A stretch of 64,000 nucleotides of DNA, taken from the IMG/VR virus record IMGVR_UViG_3300044647_000866. The stretch is one strand, 5' to 3'. This DNA comes from an uncultured virus (IMG/VR IMGVR_UViG_3300044647_000866) (Duplodnaviria; Heunggongvirae; Uroviricota; Caudoviricetes). The translations under genes and the position numbers were made by a program. This document shows positions 6,963-16,627 of the stretch, piece by piece (position 1 is the first letter of the stretch; the number at the start of each line of letters is the position of its first letter). The notes under the pieces were generated by a model. It was not told where the DNA came from. It searched no databases and saw only the letters and a program-made list of their open reading frames with translations.

Positions 6963-9560
6963 ATGGCACAAGATCTTGGTAGTGCGATCCTTGCTGGTAT
7001 TCAAGGCGCTCAGGCTATGGGCCAGCAGCGAATTCGCAATCAATTAGCCCAGGATGAGTTAGCCCAAGGCGAACGTCGTATTGGCTTGCTTCAGCGTCAA
7101 GTCGCTGTTGACGAAGATACTAATCGTCGTGCTGTCGAAGAAGCCAATCGGCTTAACACAATTCGAGACAACGATAAGTTTGTCCAGGGCCTTAACGCTG
7201 CAGGGTTTCTTGCACCAAACATGCTGTCGATTGACGGCGATAAGCTTAGAAATGGCATCAACTCAGGCGATCGCACCGCGATTAGCATCGGCCTCGACCT
7301 GGTGAACAGGAGCGGCGAGCTGCCGAAGAACTCGCGTGCAGAGGCAATTCAGCCCCTGCCCGATGGCGGCTACGCCATCACTGTCCGCAACGAGGATGGA
7401 TCGAGAGGCGTAGTTACTCGTGACGGCTCTAGCAATCCTGATTCTGAAGTCGTTAATTTTGATGCCCGTACTCTTGCTAACTTGGGCAACCTGTACTACC
7501 AGACCCAGGTAGTCTCTAACTCGTCGCTCATTAGCCCGACGATCTTCCGGGCGCAGGAAAGACGCGTGGATGCAGACGCGGCTCGTAATGAGCTGATCGA
7601 TCGCATCGATCGCAAGAACACCATTCTTAATTCGTTGCCCGTTGCCGGTGGAGCACGTCGAGCCGCTGCTAGTGCGCTGGCGTCGGCTTCTACTCCTAAT
7701 GAAGAGAATCAGATTCTCGACCGTCTAGAGGCTGATCTGGTTAACGCCGGTGCTATCCAACCCCGTAGTAATCAGGCTCCTGTTGTTTCTTCCGCACCGC
7801 GCACTGCCCCGTCGACCGGTCAGCCCCCACCGCCCCAATCGTCCGTCACCGAACGCGCGTACAGCCGAGTCAAGAGCGACGCCGCAGCTCTTGAAGCAGT
7901 CGGCAACGGCATGAATAAGAACGAGCTGACGAACCTGTACATGTACTCGCTCCGTCAGGGCGATTTGGACGCCGCATCGCGTCTTGAACCGTACTTGTCG
8001 CGTCGTCATGGTATGACGCAGCGGGAGATCGGCTCGCTTAGAAATCAGATGGCTAACGTTCGTCGTGCGACGGGCGAAACAGATACTTTGTTGTCAGACA
8101 TCTCTGGCGCAGTTACAACGGCCGCCTCTAACGCGGCTACGGCCCTCGGCTTCGGTGAACGGGCGGCTAAAGACCGCTCCGACCGTCAGGCTGCTATTCT
8201 AAACGACATCCGTGGCACACCCTCGGCAACATCTTCTGCCGTCCCGGCCGTACGGAATAACAATCCTGGAAATTTAAGATTCGCTAACCAGCGCGGATCA
8301 ACCGGCAAAGACGAAAATGGATTTGCTATTTTCCCGACGCGAGAGGCTGGGCTTGTCGCATTAGAAAAGCAAATCAGGCTAGACATTGGGAGAGGTGACA
8401 CATTACAAAAATTCATCAGCGAATACGCACCAGCAGCGGATAAAAACGATCCAATTAAATATACTAATTTTGTTTCAAAAGCGACAGGTATACGGCCTGA
8501 CGAAAAAATACCGGTATCAAAAATACCAGTATTGATGGCGGCTATAGTTCAGATGGAAGGCGGTGATAGCGCATCAAGTTATTTCGCCCTTAATAAGACT
8601 AATGGCGCTGCAATAACAATTCAGGACCGGGGGGTTCGCACTGAAGTCCGCGATATTTCTGCAGCGGTTTCTGGCCGCTCAAATAACGCGGTTGACCGCG
8701 ATATTAACGCTGGCCGAATCACAGTGTCTCCGGCTGTTGCCACTGCTGTTTCAGAAAATCTACAGTCGCAGGGTATAAACGACGTTCGTGGCCTGTTGCG
8801 GTTGAATGATATAGACCGAGCTATGGCTCGCGCCGTGATCCTGGCAACTGAAAAGGATCCAACTATTCGCAAACAGATGTCGGAGGAGATGTCAAACATC
8901 TTTGAAACCGGCAGCGTCAGCATCAGCCGTCAACAGTCTGATGCCGCAGATATTCAGCGCGACCAAAATGATATTTCGCGGGGGCAACTGGCTATTAATC
9001 AGGCTACGGTAAACACACGTATAGCTGAACTGCGTCGAGACCTCTTTAACGATATTGACGAAAAACAGAGAAATGTAGTGGATTCGGGGGCACAGTTCAT
9101 TGAATCCGCAAACAAGATCTTTTTTGGCGAAGACGGCAGCGAAAAGAACTTAAACAAGGCAACTGCTTCTCGATTTACAAACTCCATAATGGCTCCATTT
9201 TTGTATAGGGCTATTCAAGCCCCAACTAAAGCAGAAGGTCAGGCTGCGCTTACAGCTATGAGCCCAGCGCTTAGCACCACTGTGGCCGCACTGGCAGCCG
9301 AAGAGAAAGGTGGCTTTATTGAGACTCTCGTCAGCTTCTTCCGCGCTGATGCGGTGGACACTGTCTCGTCGACAGACTTCGACCTCGCCCGCGTGCGGGT
9401 TGAGAAAGATGGCAACGGCCGCCCAACACGTTTCTATTACACTAACGAACGCGGTGCCCCTGTAGACGAAGCCGTAGACGCTAAGGATCTTCAGAATCTC
9501 AATGGCCAGGTATACAAACTCGTTCTGGATGCAGCTAATTACAATTCACGGGGCAGGTAA
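6963..9560 (+). CDS. Ejection protein with a lysozyme-like domain
   Basis: 865 aa; RNNNPGNLRF...FAIFPTREAG...FISEYAP...IVQMEGG at about 8250-8565. Confidence 0.65.
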   Translation: MAQDLGSAILAGIQGAQAMGQQRIRNQLAQDELAQGERRIGLLQRQVAVDEDTNRRAVEEANRLNTIRDNDKFVQGLNAAGFLAPNMLSIDGDKLRNGINSGDRTAISIGLDLVNRSGELPKNSRAEAIQPLPDGGYAITVRNEDGSRGVVTRDGSSNPDSEVVNFDARTLANLGNLYYQTQVVSNSSLISPTIFRAQERRVDADAARNELIDRIDRKNTILNSLPVAGGARRAAASALASASTPNEENQILDRLEADLVNAGAIQPRSNQAPVVSSAPRTAPSTGQPPPPQSSVTERAYSRVKSDAAALEAVGNGMNKNELTNLYMYSLRQGDLDAASRLEPYLSRRHGMTQREIGSLRNQMANVRRATGETDTLLSDISGAVTTAASNAATALGFGERAAKDRSDRQAAILNDIRGTPSATSSAVPAVRNNNPGNLRFANQRGSTGKDENGFAIFPTREAGLVALEKQIRLDIGRGDTLQKFISEYAPAADKNDPIKYTNFVSKATGIRPDEKIPVSKIPVLMAAIVQMEGGDSASSYFALNKTNGAAITIQDRGVRTEVRDISAAVSGRSNNAVDRDINAGRITVSPAVATAVSENLQSQGINDVRGLLRLNDIDRAMARAVILATEKDPTIRKQMSEEMSNIFETGSVSISRQQSDAADIQRDQNDISRGQLAINQATVNTRIAELRRDLFNDIDEKQRNVVDSGAQFIESANKIFFGEDGSEKNLNKATASRFTNSIMAPFLYRAIQAPTKAEGQAALTAMSPALSTTVAALAAEEKGGFIETLVSFFRADAVDTVSSTDFDLARVRVEKDGNGRPTRFYYTNERGAPVDEAVDAKDLQNLNGQVYKLVLDAANYNSRGR

Positions 9561-9563
9561 TTC

Positions 9564-12500
9564 GTGGCACAAGATCGCTTTCAGGCCTTCTTCCAGCTCG
9601 CGGACCCGCGTAGAAGTGTCTCTGAAGTTTTAGATACCGAAGACCCCGCTACCCCCCGGCCGGACAGCATGGAAGTCCTGCGGGGGCAGCGCCAGGTCGC
9701 AACCCCCGTTCCGGCTACAACTGGTGACGTATTTCGTGCGGGGATACAGACCGGCGCTGAATCGCTCGGCGCGGATATTGAATACTTTCGTGCGCTGTTT
9801 AACACCGTTACCGGTGATAGAGACGAAGCAGCAAACAACATCGCTAGCGCGCGTATGCGCGAAGAGTTTGCTTCCGTCCCGCTTGACGGCGTGGAGACTT
9901 TTGAAGAGTTTTTGTCTGAACCGACTTTTGGCGGATTCATAACTCAAGCTGCTAAGGGGACAGGACAAGTCCTGCCCTCCGCAGCTCTGTCTATTGCTAG
10001 CGCTGGTACAGGCGCTATCGCAGGCGTAGTAGGTCGCGGCGTACTAAACCAGGTAAACCGCCAGGCGGCCAAGCGTATTATTAAGGACTCGGTTGATCGT
10101 ACTGTTCAGGGTGTCGCCGACCCCGCCGAGCAGCAGATCGCTGAGCTGGCCTACGGCTCGCTTCGTCAAGCGGCTACGCGTGGCGCAATCGGTGGTGGTT
10201 TTGCTGCTGAGTTTGCGCCTTTGTCGGGCAGCAACCTGTCGGAAGCCTTGGAGTCCGGCCAGCCTCTTGATAGAGATACAGCATTTCGTGCTGCTGCTGT
10301 CGCTGTCCCACAAGCCGCTATCGGCGTGGGCAGCGAGTACGCCTTGCTCAAACTGATCGGTGAGCAGGCTACAAAGCGTGCTGCCGTAGAAGGCGGGATC
10401 TTTGCTAACTTCGCCAAGCGCATCGGAACTGGTGCCTTGCAGGGCGGCGCTATCGAAGCGACGACTGAACTGGCGCAGGAAGGCATCGCGGTTGCTAACC
10501 GTGCTGATCTTGACCCGCTGTTCACAGCCGAAGACGCCAAGATGCGTTTGGCCGAATCAGCCTTTGCTGGCTTCTTTGGCGGTGCTGCTCCCGGCGCAGC
10601 TGGCGGTGTCCTTGGCGCTACAGGCGACGCTATCGCGCGTACTCCGCAAGGTGCTCGCGACGCAGCCGGTAACGTTGTAGATAAAGCCGCTAGCATCTTC
10701 GATCGCGCCCGTCGCATGCTGGACACCGCCCGTGAGCAACGGGTCAATGACCAGGTCAACCGAGAACAATTCGGTGACATCTTCTCTGGTGGCACGACTC
10801 CTGAGCCAGAGCGCGATATCGACGCACAGCTTCGGGCGATGCTTGACCCTACTAGCGGCAAGCAGGCCGTGTGGGTTGCCGGTGAGGCTACTAAGATCAA
10901 AGCCCGCGCCAATAAGATTTCTGAGATCGTTATAGACGGAAACGAGGCGTTTGCTTCGTTCATTCCTGGCCGGGGCACGATCGTATCCACCAACCGCAAT
11001 CTGGTCGAGGAAGTCGTAGCCGCTGGCGCGTCCGACAAAGCTCTCCAGGTTGCTCTCGGCTACAGTGCAGTAAAGAACTCTGCTAATCCGGGTGACCTAG
11101 TCGTTCAGGTGTTCGACAGGGAAGGCCGTGTTGTATCCGAAGAGGCCACAACACAAGACAACTTGCCTGCGGCTTTTCAGGCAGCTGGCAAGCTCATGCC
11201 AGAGGGCGGTCGTGTCGAGCAGACCACTGTCGAGAAGGCACTCGAAGATCGCAAGCGCCGCTTTGAGTCAGAGCAGCGCGTTGAAATCCGCGAGATGAAT
11301 GTTGAAGACGATCAGGATGGGACTGAAGACCAGACTGACGTAGATACCTTTGCTCAGGGAACCCAGACCGTAGAAGGGCAGCGTACGATTGTTCGTGCAT
11401 ACGGCCGTAAGGCTGATCCGACTCGTACGTTTGATAATACGGCCCAGGCTCGCGCTAATTTCGATAGCGTGTTTGGTGAGACAAACTGGAACGACCGTCG
11501 CTTTGGGGCGATGACTGAGGCCATGTTGAACGCAGCCGCTAACGAGCAGCGTTCAAACCCTGACTCGGCTGTATCTATTGAGGATACTCCTGACGGTGGC
11601 TTCCAAGTCGTACGAGAAGATTTTGGTGACCTGTTTCGAGCCATCGATACTTCTGGCAACGAAGTACGTCTCAACCTTGGAGCGTTCCTGCAGTCGGCCA
11701 TTCAACGTGCACGGCGGAGTAAGTATGCTCGTAACTCTCGTGTTGTGGTTGTTGGCCCGGACGGTAAGAAATCAGCCGTTAACCTTGTTGATCTGACCGC
11801 TGCTGGCCAGCGTCTAATCGAGGGCCGTGAAGGCGCAGGCTTTCAGTTACGCCAAGCCCCGCGTACTGGCGCTACCTTCATGGCTCCAGCGGCCGCTGCT
11901 AGAGCAGGACTTTTGGAGATTCTTGGCGATATGGCTGTCGAGGGCTACGACGTCCAGATCGACGGGCAGTCCATCCTTCGAAACCAGAATCGTATCCCAA
12001 AGCAACTTGGCAACGTCACGGCAGCGGTAGTAGGTACTAGCCGCATCTCTCTGAACAATCTTCTGAACCCCGTCCAAGAGCCAGTTATGACGGCAGAAGA
12101 GCGCCAAGCTGCGCTTGCTGCTGAACCACTCGGCCCGCCGAGAGACGATGTTTCAGATGGCCGTACAGAAACAGAACGTATGATCGAGTCGAGCGTTACG
12201 GGCGGTGAGCTCCTAACGCCGATGAACATTGACACGCCGGTGTCGGCAATTGATCTCCGTCGCGGCGCAGCCCCTAGCACTTTACGCCCCACAGAAGAAA
12301 CCCCGCTCTCACCGCGAGAGCAGGCGGTGGTGTCTGGCGCTGTAAACAGCATGGTGCAGGGTGTCATCCAGGACTTGCTGGCCGCCCTTAACTTTAAGAA
12401 TCCGCCACGAATCTACACGTTTGCCCAGCTCGACGGCATGACCACGGAACAGCTCGCAGCCGAGTTCCAAGGCGCATTTGAGTCTGTGCAGATCAGCTTG

Positions 12501-14990
12501 AATAGCCTTCGTGAAAACCCAAGCAATTTCGGCAGGCACGTGTCTGGCCCTTACGGTAAGGTGATTATCTACCGCGAAACCCGCAACCCTTTACAGGATG
12601 CACTTGTAGTCGCGCACGAGATTGGCCATAGCTTGTACAAGGAAGAGCGCGATAAGGCCCTCCAAAACAAGGCGTTGAGAGATCGTCTTTTTAAGGCCTA
12701 TAAAGCGTCCCCAACTTTTAAGGGCCTTAGCGAGCGGTATGGCTTTGATCGCGGTTTCGAAGAGTGGTTCTCTGACCAGGTAGCCCTGTGGGCGAATCAG
12801 CGGTATAAAAATAAGCAGCCACAGAAGCTTGGCGATCGATTCTTCCGGGACTTCGTAAACCGCCTCCGTGGTCTGTGGCGCGCTACCAGCGAGAGTTTTC
12901 GCAAGCGATTTTCGCAACGACTAAACGAAGACTTCGAAACGTTTATGGACTCCGTGATTGAGTCCCGGCGTAATCAGGTCAATGAGAACGGGCTTAACTT
13001 CACCGAAAAAGCGTTCGTCTACGAACTTGACGAGATGACAATCCAAGGCGGGGGCCCGGCGCTTGCCGCACACTGGCAGTCGAAGATTTCGTCGCTTAAG
13101 CGCAACAAGTACGTCCAACCGATCCTCAAGTTCGTGATGACCGCAGACGGCATACTTCGTATGTACGGCGGGGATGAGCTTGCGGATATGTTCTACGTTC
13201 GCGCACAAGACCCAACCGGCAAGGGCCGACTTGGATTTGTACCGCAGGCTGCACGCACGTTCGACGAGTACAAGAACCGTATCGAGAAAGAAATCGGCGC
13301 GATGGATGATCCGGCTCTCGACGCCGCATTTGCTGAGGCTGAGTCTGATACACCGACTTCTCAGCTTACCGGTAAAGCGCTGGCTATCCGTCAGTTCTTG
13401 GAAGAGTTCTACGCCGAGTATGTCTCGCCGTCTAAAACTAAGATCGGCTTCCAACAGAACTACTTCCCCCGCGTTCTCGATCTTATTGCTATCGCAAACG
13501 ATCCACAGGCGTTTGTTGATCTGATCGTTCGCTCTGATCCCAGCGCCAACCCGCAGACAATTCGCAGACGAGTGGAGAAACTCGTCGACTTGCAGCAGGC
13601 CATTGTTAATGGCGACAACGTCGAAGGCAATCCGCTCGATCCGAACGCTAGCGTTAACGAGGCTCTTGAACTCACCGCCAACGTGTCCCGTAACGATCTT
13701 CGCGCGTTTCTCGTACCGCCGAAAGAAGCCTTCTCGCGGTATATCCGAAGCGTCGTTAAGCGCGTTGAGTTTGACCGCGCCACTAAGGACGATGAGGGTA
13801 ACGATCTACTTAGGCCGTTGCTCGATAGACTTAACCCAGAGGACCGCGAAGCGGCCATGGGCGTTATCAACACTTACATGGGCTACCGCGCCCCGCTCAG
13901 TCCGTTCTGGCGCAAGCTGAACAGCTGGGGGCAGTTCCTTCAGTTCGTCACGATTCTTCCGTTTGCTGCTATCTCGTCTGTAACGGACTTGGCTGGCCCA
14001 GTCATCGCCTCGAAAGAGTTCGGGGCGCTGACAACTGGCATGAAAGAAGTCATTGCGACGATTAAAAATCGCGATGAGGCCATGCAACTAGCCCGTGACA
14101 TCGGCGTGGTTACGCCAGAAGCCGTAGCTAACTCTTGGATCACTGAAGCTGACGCCGATTACATGGACCCTATGGCGCGTAAGGCGTCTGACTGGTGGTT
14201 CAACATTACTGGTCTTAACTGGTTCACCCGGTTTACCCGTGAGTTTGCGGCTGGCATGGGCGTACAGTTCATCACCAAGCACGCACGCAACGAGTTCAAT
14301 AACCCGCGAGCAGATCGTTACCTCAGCGAACTTGGCCTGACACGCCAGGAAGTGCTGGATTGGATTGCTGGAGGCCGCAAGCTGACCACGCCAGAAGGTA
14401 AGAAGGTCGCTCAAGGTTTGCAGCGTTTTGTTGAATCCTCCACGCTTCGTCCTAATGCGGCAGAGCGTCCTGTTTGGGCGTCTGACCCGCACTACGCTTT
14501 GATCTGGCAGCTGAAGGGGTATTTCTACTCCTACGGTAAAGTCATCCTTGGCGGTATGTTCGGCGAAGCTGAAACTCGCTTGCGTGAGCAGAACATTGGC
14601 ACCCCGTGGGGCCGCGTTGGTTCGGCTGTCGGCTTGATGGCTTTGACTGCGGTAGCCACGATGCCTCTTGCAATGATGGGGATGGAGCTCCGCGAGTACG
14701 CTAAGTTTGGCCTCGCAGCATTGTTCCCCTTTGTTGAAGCTGATCAGAAGTACTTCAAGACAGACCGTATGGACTGGCCAGAGTACCTTGGTACCGCGTT
14801 TGAGAAGTCAAACTTTAGTGGCCCATTTGGGCTGATTACAGGAGCCTCGCAGGCAACAAACTTCGGCGATAGTCCGTTGTTCACGCTGCTAGGCCCCACG
14901 GCTGAGACTATTGATACTGCCTTTCAAAATGGCTGGCGCGTAGACCGGACGTTGAAGGACCGGCTGCTGCCCGTTTATAACGTGCTGTAA
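9564..14990 (+). CDS. Large internal virion (polyvalent-like) protein, 1808 aa
   Basis: G/A-rich N-terminus (GGAIEATTELAQE); HEIGH...FEEWFSD metallopeptidase-like motif; C-terminal LIWQLKGYFYSY region. Confidence 0.75.
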   Translation: MAQDRFQAFFQLADPRRSVSEVLDTEDPATPRPDSMEVLRGQRQVATPVPATTGDVFRAGIQTGAESLGADIEYFRALFNTVTGDRDEAANNIASARMREEFASVPLDGVETFEEFLSEPTFGGFITQAAKGTGQVLPSAALSIASAGTGAIAGVVGRGVLNQVNRQAAKRIIKDSVDRTVQGVADPAEQQIAELAYGSLRQAATRGAIGGGFAAEFAPLSGSNLSEALESGQPLDRDTAFRAAAVAVPQAAIGVGSEYALLKLIGEQATKRAAVEGGIFANFAKRIGTGALQGGAIEATTELAQEGIAVANRADLDPLFTAEDAKMRLAESAFAGFFGGAAPGAAGGVLGATGDAIARTPQGARDAAGNVVDKAASIFDRARRMLDTAREQRVNDQVNREQFGDIFSGGTTPEPERDIDAQLRAMLDPTSGKQAVWVAGEATKIKARANKISEIVIDGNEAFASFIPGRGTIVSTNRNLVEEVVAAGASDKALQVALGYSAVKNSANPGDLVVQVFDREGRVVSEEATTQDNLPAAFQAAGKLMPEGGRVEQTTVEKALEDRKRRFESEQRVEIREMNVEDDQDGTEDQTDVDTFAQGTQTVEGQRTIVRAYGRKADPTRTFDNTAQARANFDSVFGETNWNDRRFGAMTEAMLNAAANEQRSNPDSAVSIEDTPDGGFQVVREDFGDLFRAIDTSGNEVRLNLGAFLQSAIQRARRSKYARNSRVVVVGPDGKKSAVNLVDLTAAGQRLIEGREGAGFQLRQAPRTGATFMAPAAAARAGLLEILGDMAVEGYDVQIDGQSILRNQNRIPKQLGNVTAAVVGTSRISLNNLLNPVQEPVMTAEERQAALAAEPLGPPRDDVSDGRTETERMIESSVTGGELLTPMNIDTPVSAIDLRRGAAPSTLRPTEETPLSPREQAVVSGAVNSMVQGVIQDLLAALNFKNPPRIYTFAQLDGMTTEQLAAEFQGAFESVQISLNSLRENPSNFGRHVSGPYGKVIIYRETRNPLQDALVVAHEIGHSLYKEERDKALQNKALRDRLFKAYKASPTFKGLSERYGFDRGFEEWFSDQVALWANQRYKNKQPQKLGDRFFRDFVNRLRGLWRATSESFRKRFSQRLNEDFETFMDSVIESRRNQVNENGLNFTEKAFVYELDEMTIQGGGPALAAHWQSKISSLKRNKYVQPILKFVMTADGILRMYGGDELADMFYVRAQDPTGKGRLGFVPQAARTFDEYKNRIEKEIGAMDDPALDAAFAEAESDTPTSQLTGKALAIRQFLEEFYAEYVSPSKTKIGFQQNYFPRVLDLIAIANDPQAFVDLIVRSDPSANPQTIRRRVEKLVDLQQAIVNGDNVEGNPLDPNASVNEALELTANVSRNDLRAFLVPPKEAFSRYIRSVVKRVEFDRATKDDEGNDLLRPLLDRLNPEDREAAMGVINTYMGYRAPLSPFWRKLNSWGQFLQFVTILPFAAISSVTDLAGPVIASKEFGALTTGMKEVIATIKNRDEAMQLARDIGVVTPEAVANSWITEADADYMDPMARKASDWWFNITGLNWFTRFTREFAAGMGVQFITKHARNEFNNPRADRYLSELGLTRQEVLDWIAGGRKLTTPEGKKVAQGLQRFVESSTLRPNAAERPVWASDPHYALIWQLKGYFYSYGKVILGGMFGEAETRLREQNIGTPWGRVGSAVGLMALTAVATMPLAMMGMELREYAKFGLAALFPFVEADQKYFKTDRMDWPEYLGTAFEKSNFSGPFGLITGASQATNFGDSPLFTLLGPTAETIDTAFQNGWRVDRTLKDRLLPVYNVL

Positions 14991-14999
14991 GGGGTACTT

Positions 15000-15155
15000 A
15001 TGGACTTGTTTGAAATATTTACCAGGGCATGGCCAGTCATTCTGGCGCTGATCACGCTGATCATTGTGCTGTCAAAGCTTGATCTGCGGGTTGCCGTATT
15101 AGAGGACAAGATCAAAACTTTGTTTGATCTGATCAACAAGAGGAACGACAAATGA
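15000..15155 (+). CDS. Small membrane/coiled-coil lysis-region protein, 51 aa (absent from ORF track)
   Basis: MDLFEIFTRAWPVILALITLIIVLSKLDLRVAVLEDKIKTLFDLINKRNDK*; ATGA overlap with the holin. Confidence 0.7.
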   Translation: MDLFEIFTRAWPVILALITLIIVLSKLDLRVAVLEDKIKTLFDLINKRNDK

Positions 15156-15637
15156 TGACCATGATTAGTACATTCCTGTCCTTTTTGGCAGGCGGCTTGC
15201 CGAAGATTCTGTCCATTTTCCAAGATCGGCAGGACAAGAAGCACGAGTTGGCCCTGGTTGTAGCTCAGAAGGAGCGTGAGTTGGCATTGGCCGAGCGCGG
15301 CTTTCTCGCACAAGCAAAGGTCGAAGAGATCAAGCTTGAGCAGATCCAGACTCAGACCGATGCTGATGAGCGTCAGGCTCTCTACCAGCACGACATCGAA
15401 ATTGGCAAAGGCGCATCCCAGTGGATGATCAACCTGCGAGCCTCGGTTCGCCCGGTTGTCACCTACATCTTCGTGCTGGAACTGGTCGCCCTTAACGTCA
15501 CGGGCATCTGGTACGCCTGGAACCAAGGCGTGCCATTTGCTGTGGCCATGGAGAACGTGTTCGGGGACGACGAGATGCTGATCCTGTCCTCGATCATCGC
15601 CTTCTGGTTCGGTACTCAGGCGTTCAACAAGAAATGA
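15152..15637 (+). CDS. Holin-like membrane protein (copy 1)
   Basis: LRASVRPVVTY and IIAFWFG motifs of 3TM holin-like proteins; upstream of lysozyme. Confidence 0.7.
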   Translation: MMTMISTFLSFLAGGLPKILSIFQDRQDKKHELALVVAQKERELALAERGFLAQAKVEEIKLEQIQTQTDADERQALYQHDIEIGKGASQWMINLRASVRPVVTYIFVLELVALNVTGIWYAWNQGVPFAVAMENVFGDDEMLILSSIIAFWFGTQAFNKK

Positions 15638-15714
15638 TTCACCTGTACATCGTTCTTATATGGGCGCTTGTAACCGGGCATGAGTCAAACACCGATGAGG
15701 CAGACTGGCAGTGA
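15634..15714 (+). CDS. 26-aa micro-ORF between holin and endolysin
   Basis: MIHLYIVLIWALVTGHESNTDEADWQ*; coupled at both ends; similar ORF at 62793-62882. Confidence 0.55.
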   Translation: MIHLYIVLIWALVTGHESNTDEADWQ

Positions 15715-16217
15715 AAGTCTCTTCCGCCGCCATTGAAATGATCAAACACCACGAGGGGGTAAGGAATAAACCTTACCGTTGTCCTGCCCTCTTGTGGACG
15801 GTCGGCGTCGGCCACGTAATTGACCCTACCCACACGGCGGTAAAGTATGAAGAACGGCGCAGTCTATCGATACCCCCTGGCTGGGACCGCGTCCTCTCCA
15901 TGGGAGAGGTTGATTCTATTCTTGCTCAGGATCTTAGCCGTTTTGAGCGTGGTGTACTTAGACTGTGTCCTGCTGCTTCTGGCCGTCAGGGAGTCTTCGA
16001 CGCTCTGGTCAGCTTTGCCTTCAACGTGGGCCTCGGCAATCTGCAACGTAGTTCGCTGCGCATGAAGTTCAACCGGGGCGAGTTAGAAGAGGCGGCAGAG
16101 CAGTTCATGAAATGGACCAAGGCCGGGGGCAGGGTGCTACCTGGGCTGGTAAAACGGCGACAGGACGAGCGGCAATTGTACCTGTCCGGGTTGCGGAAAG
16201 GTGCATTGGCAGGCTAG
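15711..16217 (+). CDS. Endolysin, GH24 lysozyme (copy 1)
   Basis: HHEGVRNKPYRCPALLWTVGVGH, FDALVSFAFNVG and GLVKRRQDE motifs. Confidence 0.92.
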   Translation: MKVSSAAIEMIKHHEGVRNKPYRCPALLWTVGVGHVIDPTHTAVKYEERRSLSIPPGWDRVLSMGEVDSILAQDLSRFERGVLRLCPAASGRQGVFDALVSFAFNVGLGNLQRSSLRMKFNRGELEEAAEQFMKWTKAGGRVLPGLVKRRQDERQLYLSGLRKGALAG

Positions 16218-16252
16218 TCCTGTTAATATTATGGCAAACAGGGGTTTCTAGT

Positions 16253-16627
16253 ATGGCGTACTCCGACACTCTCAATCTTGTGGCTGGGGACACGCTGCCC
16301 GAGCTGACCTTCACCCTGAAGGACAGCAATACGGCTGCGCCTGGGACTGTCCTCGACCCGAATAACAGCGCTACGTGGGCTCCTGTGGACCTCACGGGGG
16401 CGACTGTTCGCCTCCGTATACGTGAACTCGGTAGCACGACCGTGAAGAACACCCTTACTTGCACGGTTACCTACCCCCTACAGGGTAAAGTCATAACCAA
16501 CTTCCCGACCGGCACCCTTAATACGGCTGGTACATTTGAGGCGGAGCTGGAAGTTACGTTCCTGTCGGGCGGCATTCAGACCGTAAATGACCTGATTAAG
16601 CTCAAAGTACGGAGTGATTTTGACTAG
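16253..16627 (+). CDS. BppU-like Ig-fold tail protein
   Basis: GDTLPELTFTL...PVDLTGATVRL...GTFEAELEVTF..GGIQT; start moved to ATG 16253. Confidence 0.7.
   Translation: MAYSDTLNLVAGDTLPELTFTLKDSNTAAPGTVLDPNNSATWAPVDLTGATVRLRIRELGSTTVKNTLTCTVTYPLQGKVITNFPTGTLNTAGTFEAELEVTFLSGGIQTVNDLIKLKVRSDFD

Noticed and set aside
9564..14990. Nested genes in the first giant protein
   Set aside because: Alternative-frame ORFs inspected lack SD sites and recognisable sequence; the scan by eye was not exhaustive.
16112..16252. Rz/Rz1-like spanin or long extension overlapping the lysozyme 3' end
   Set aside because: No lipobox or TM segment; ATG 16253 is the better start.
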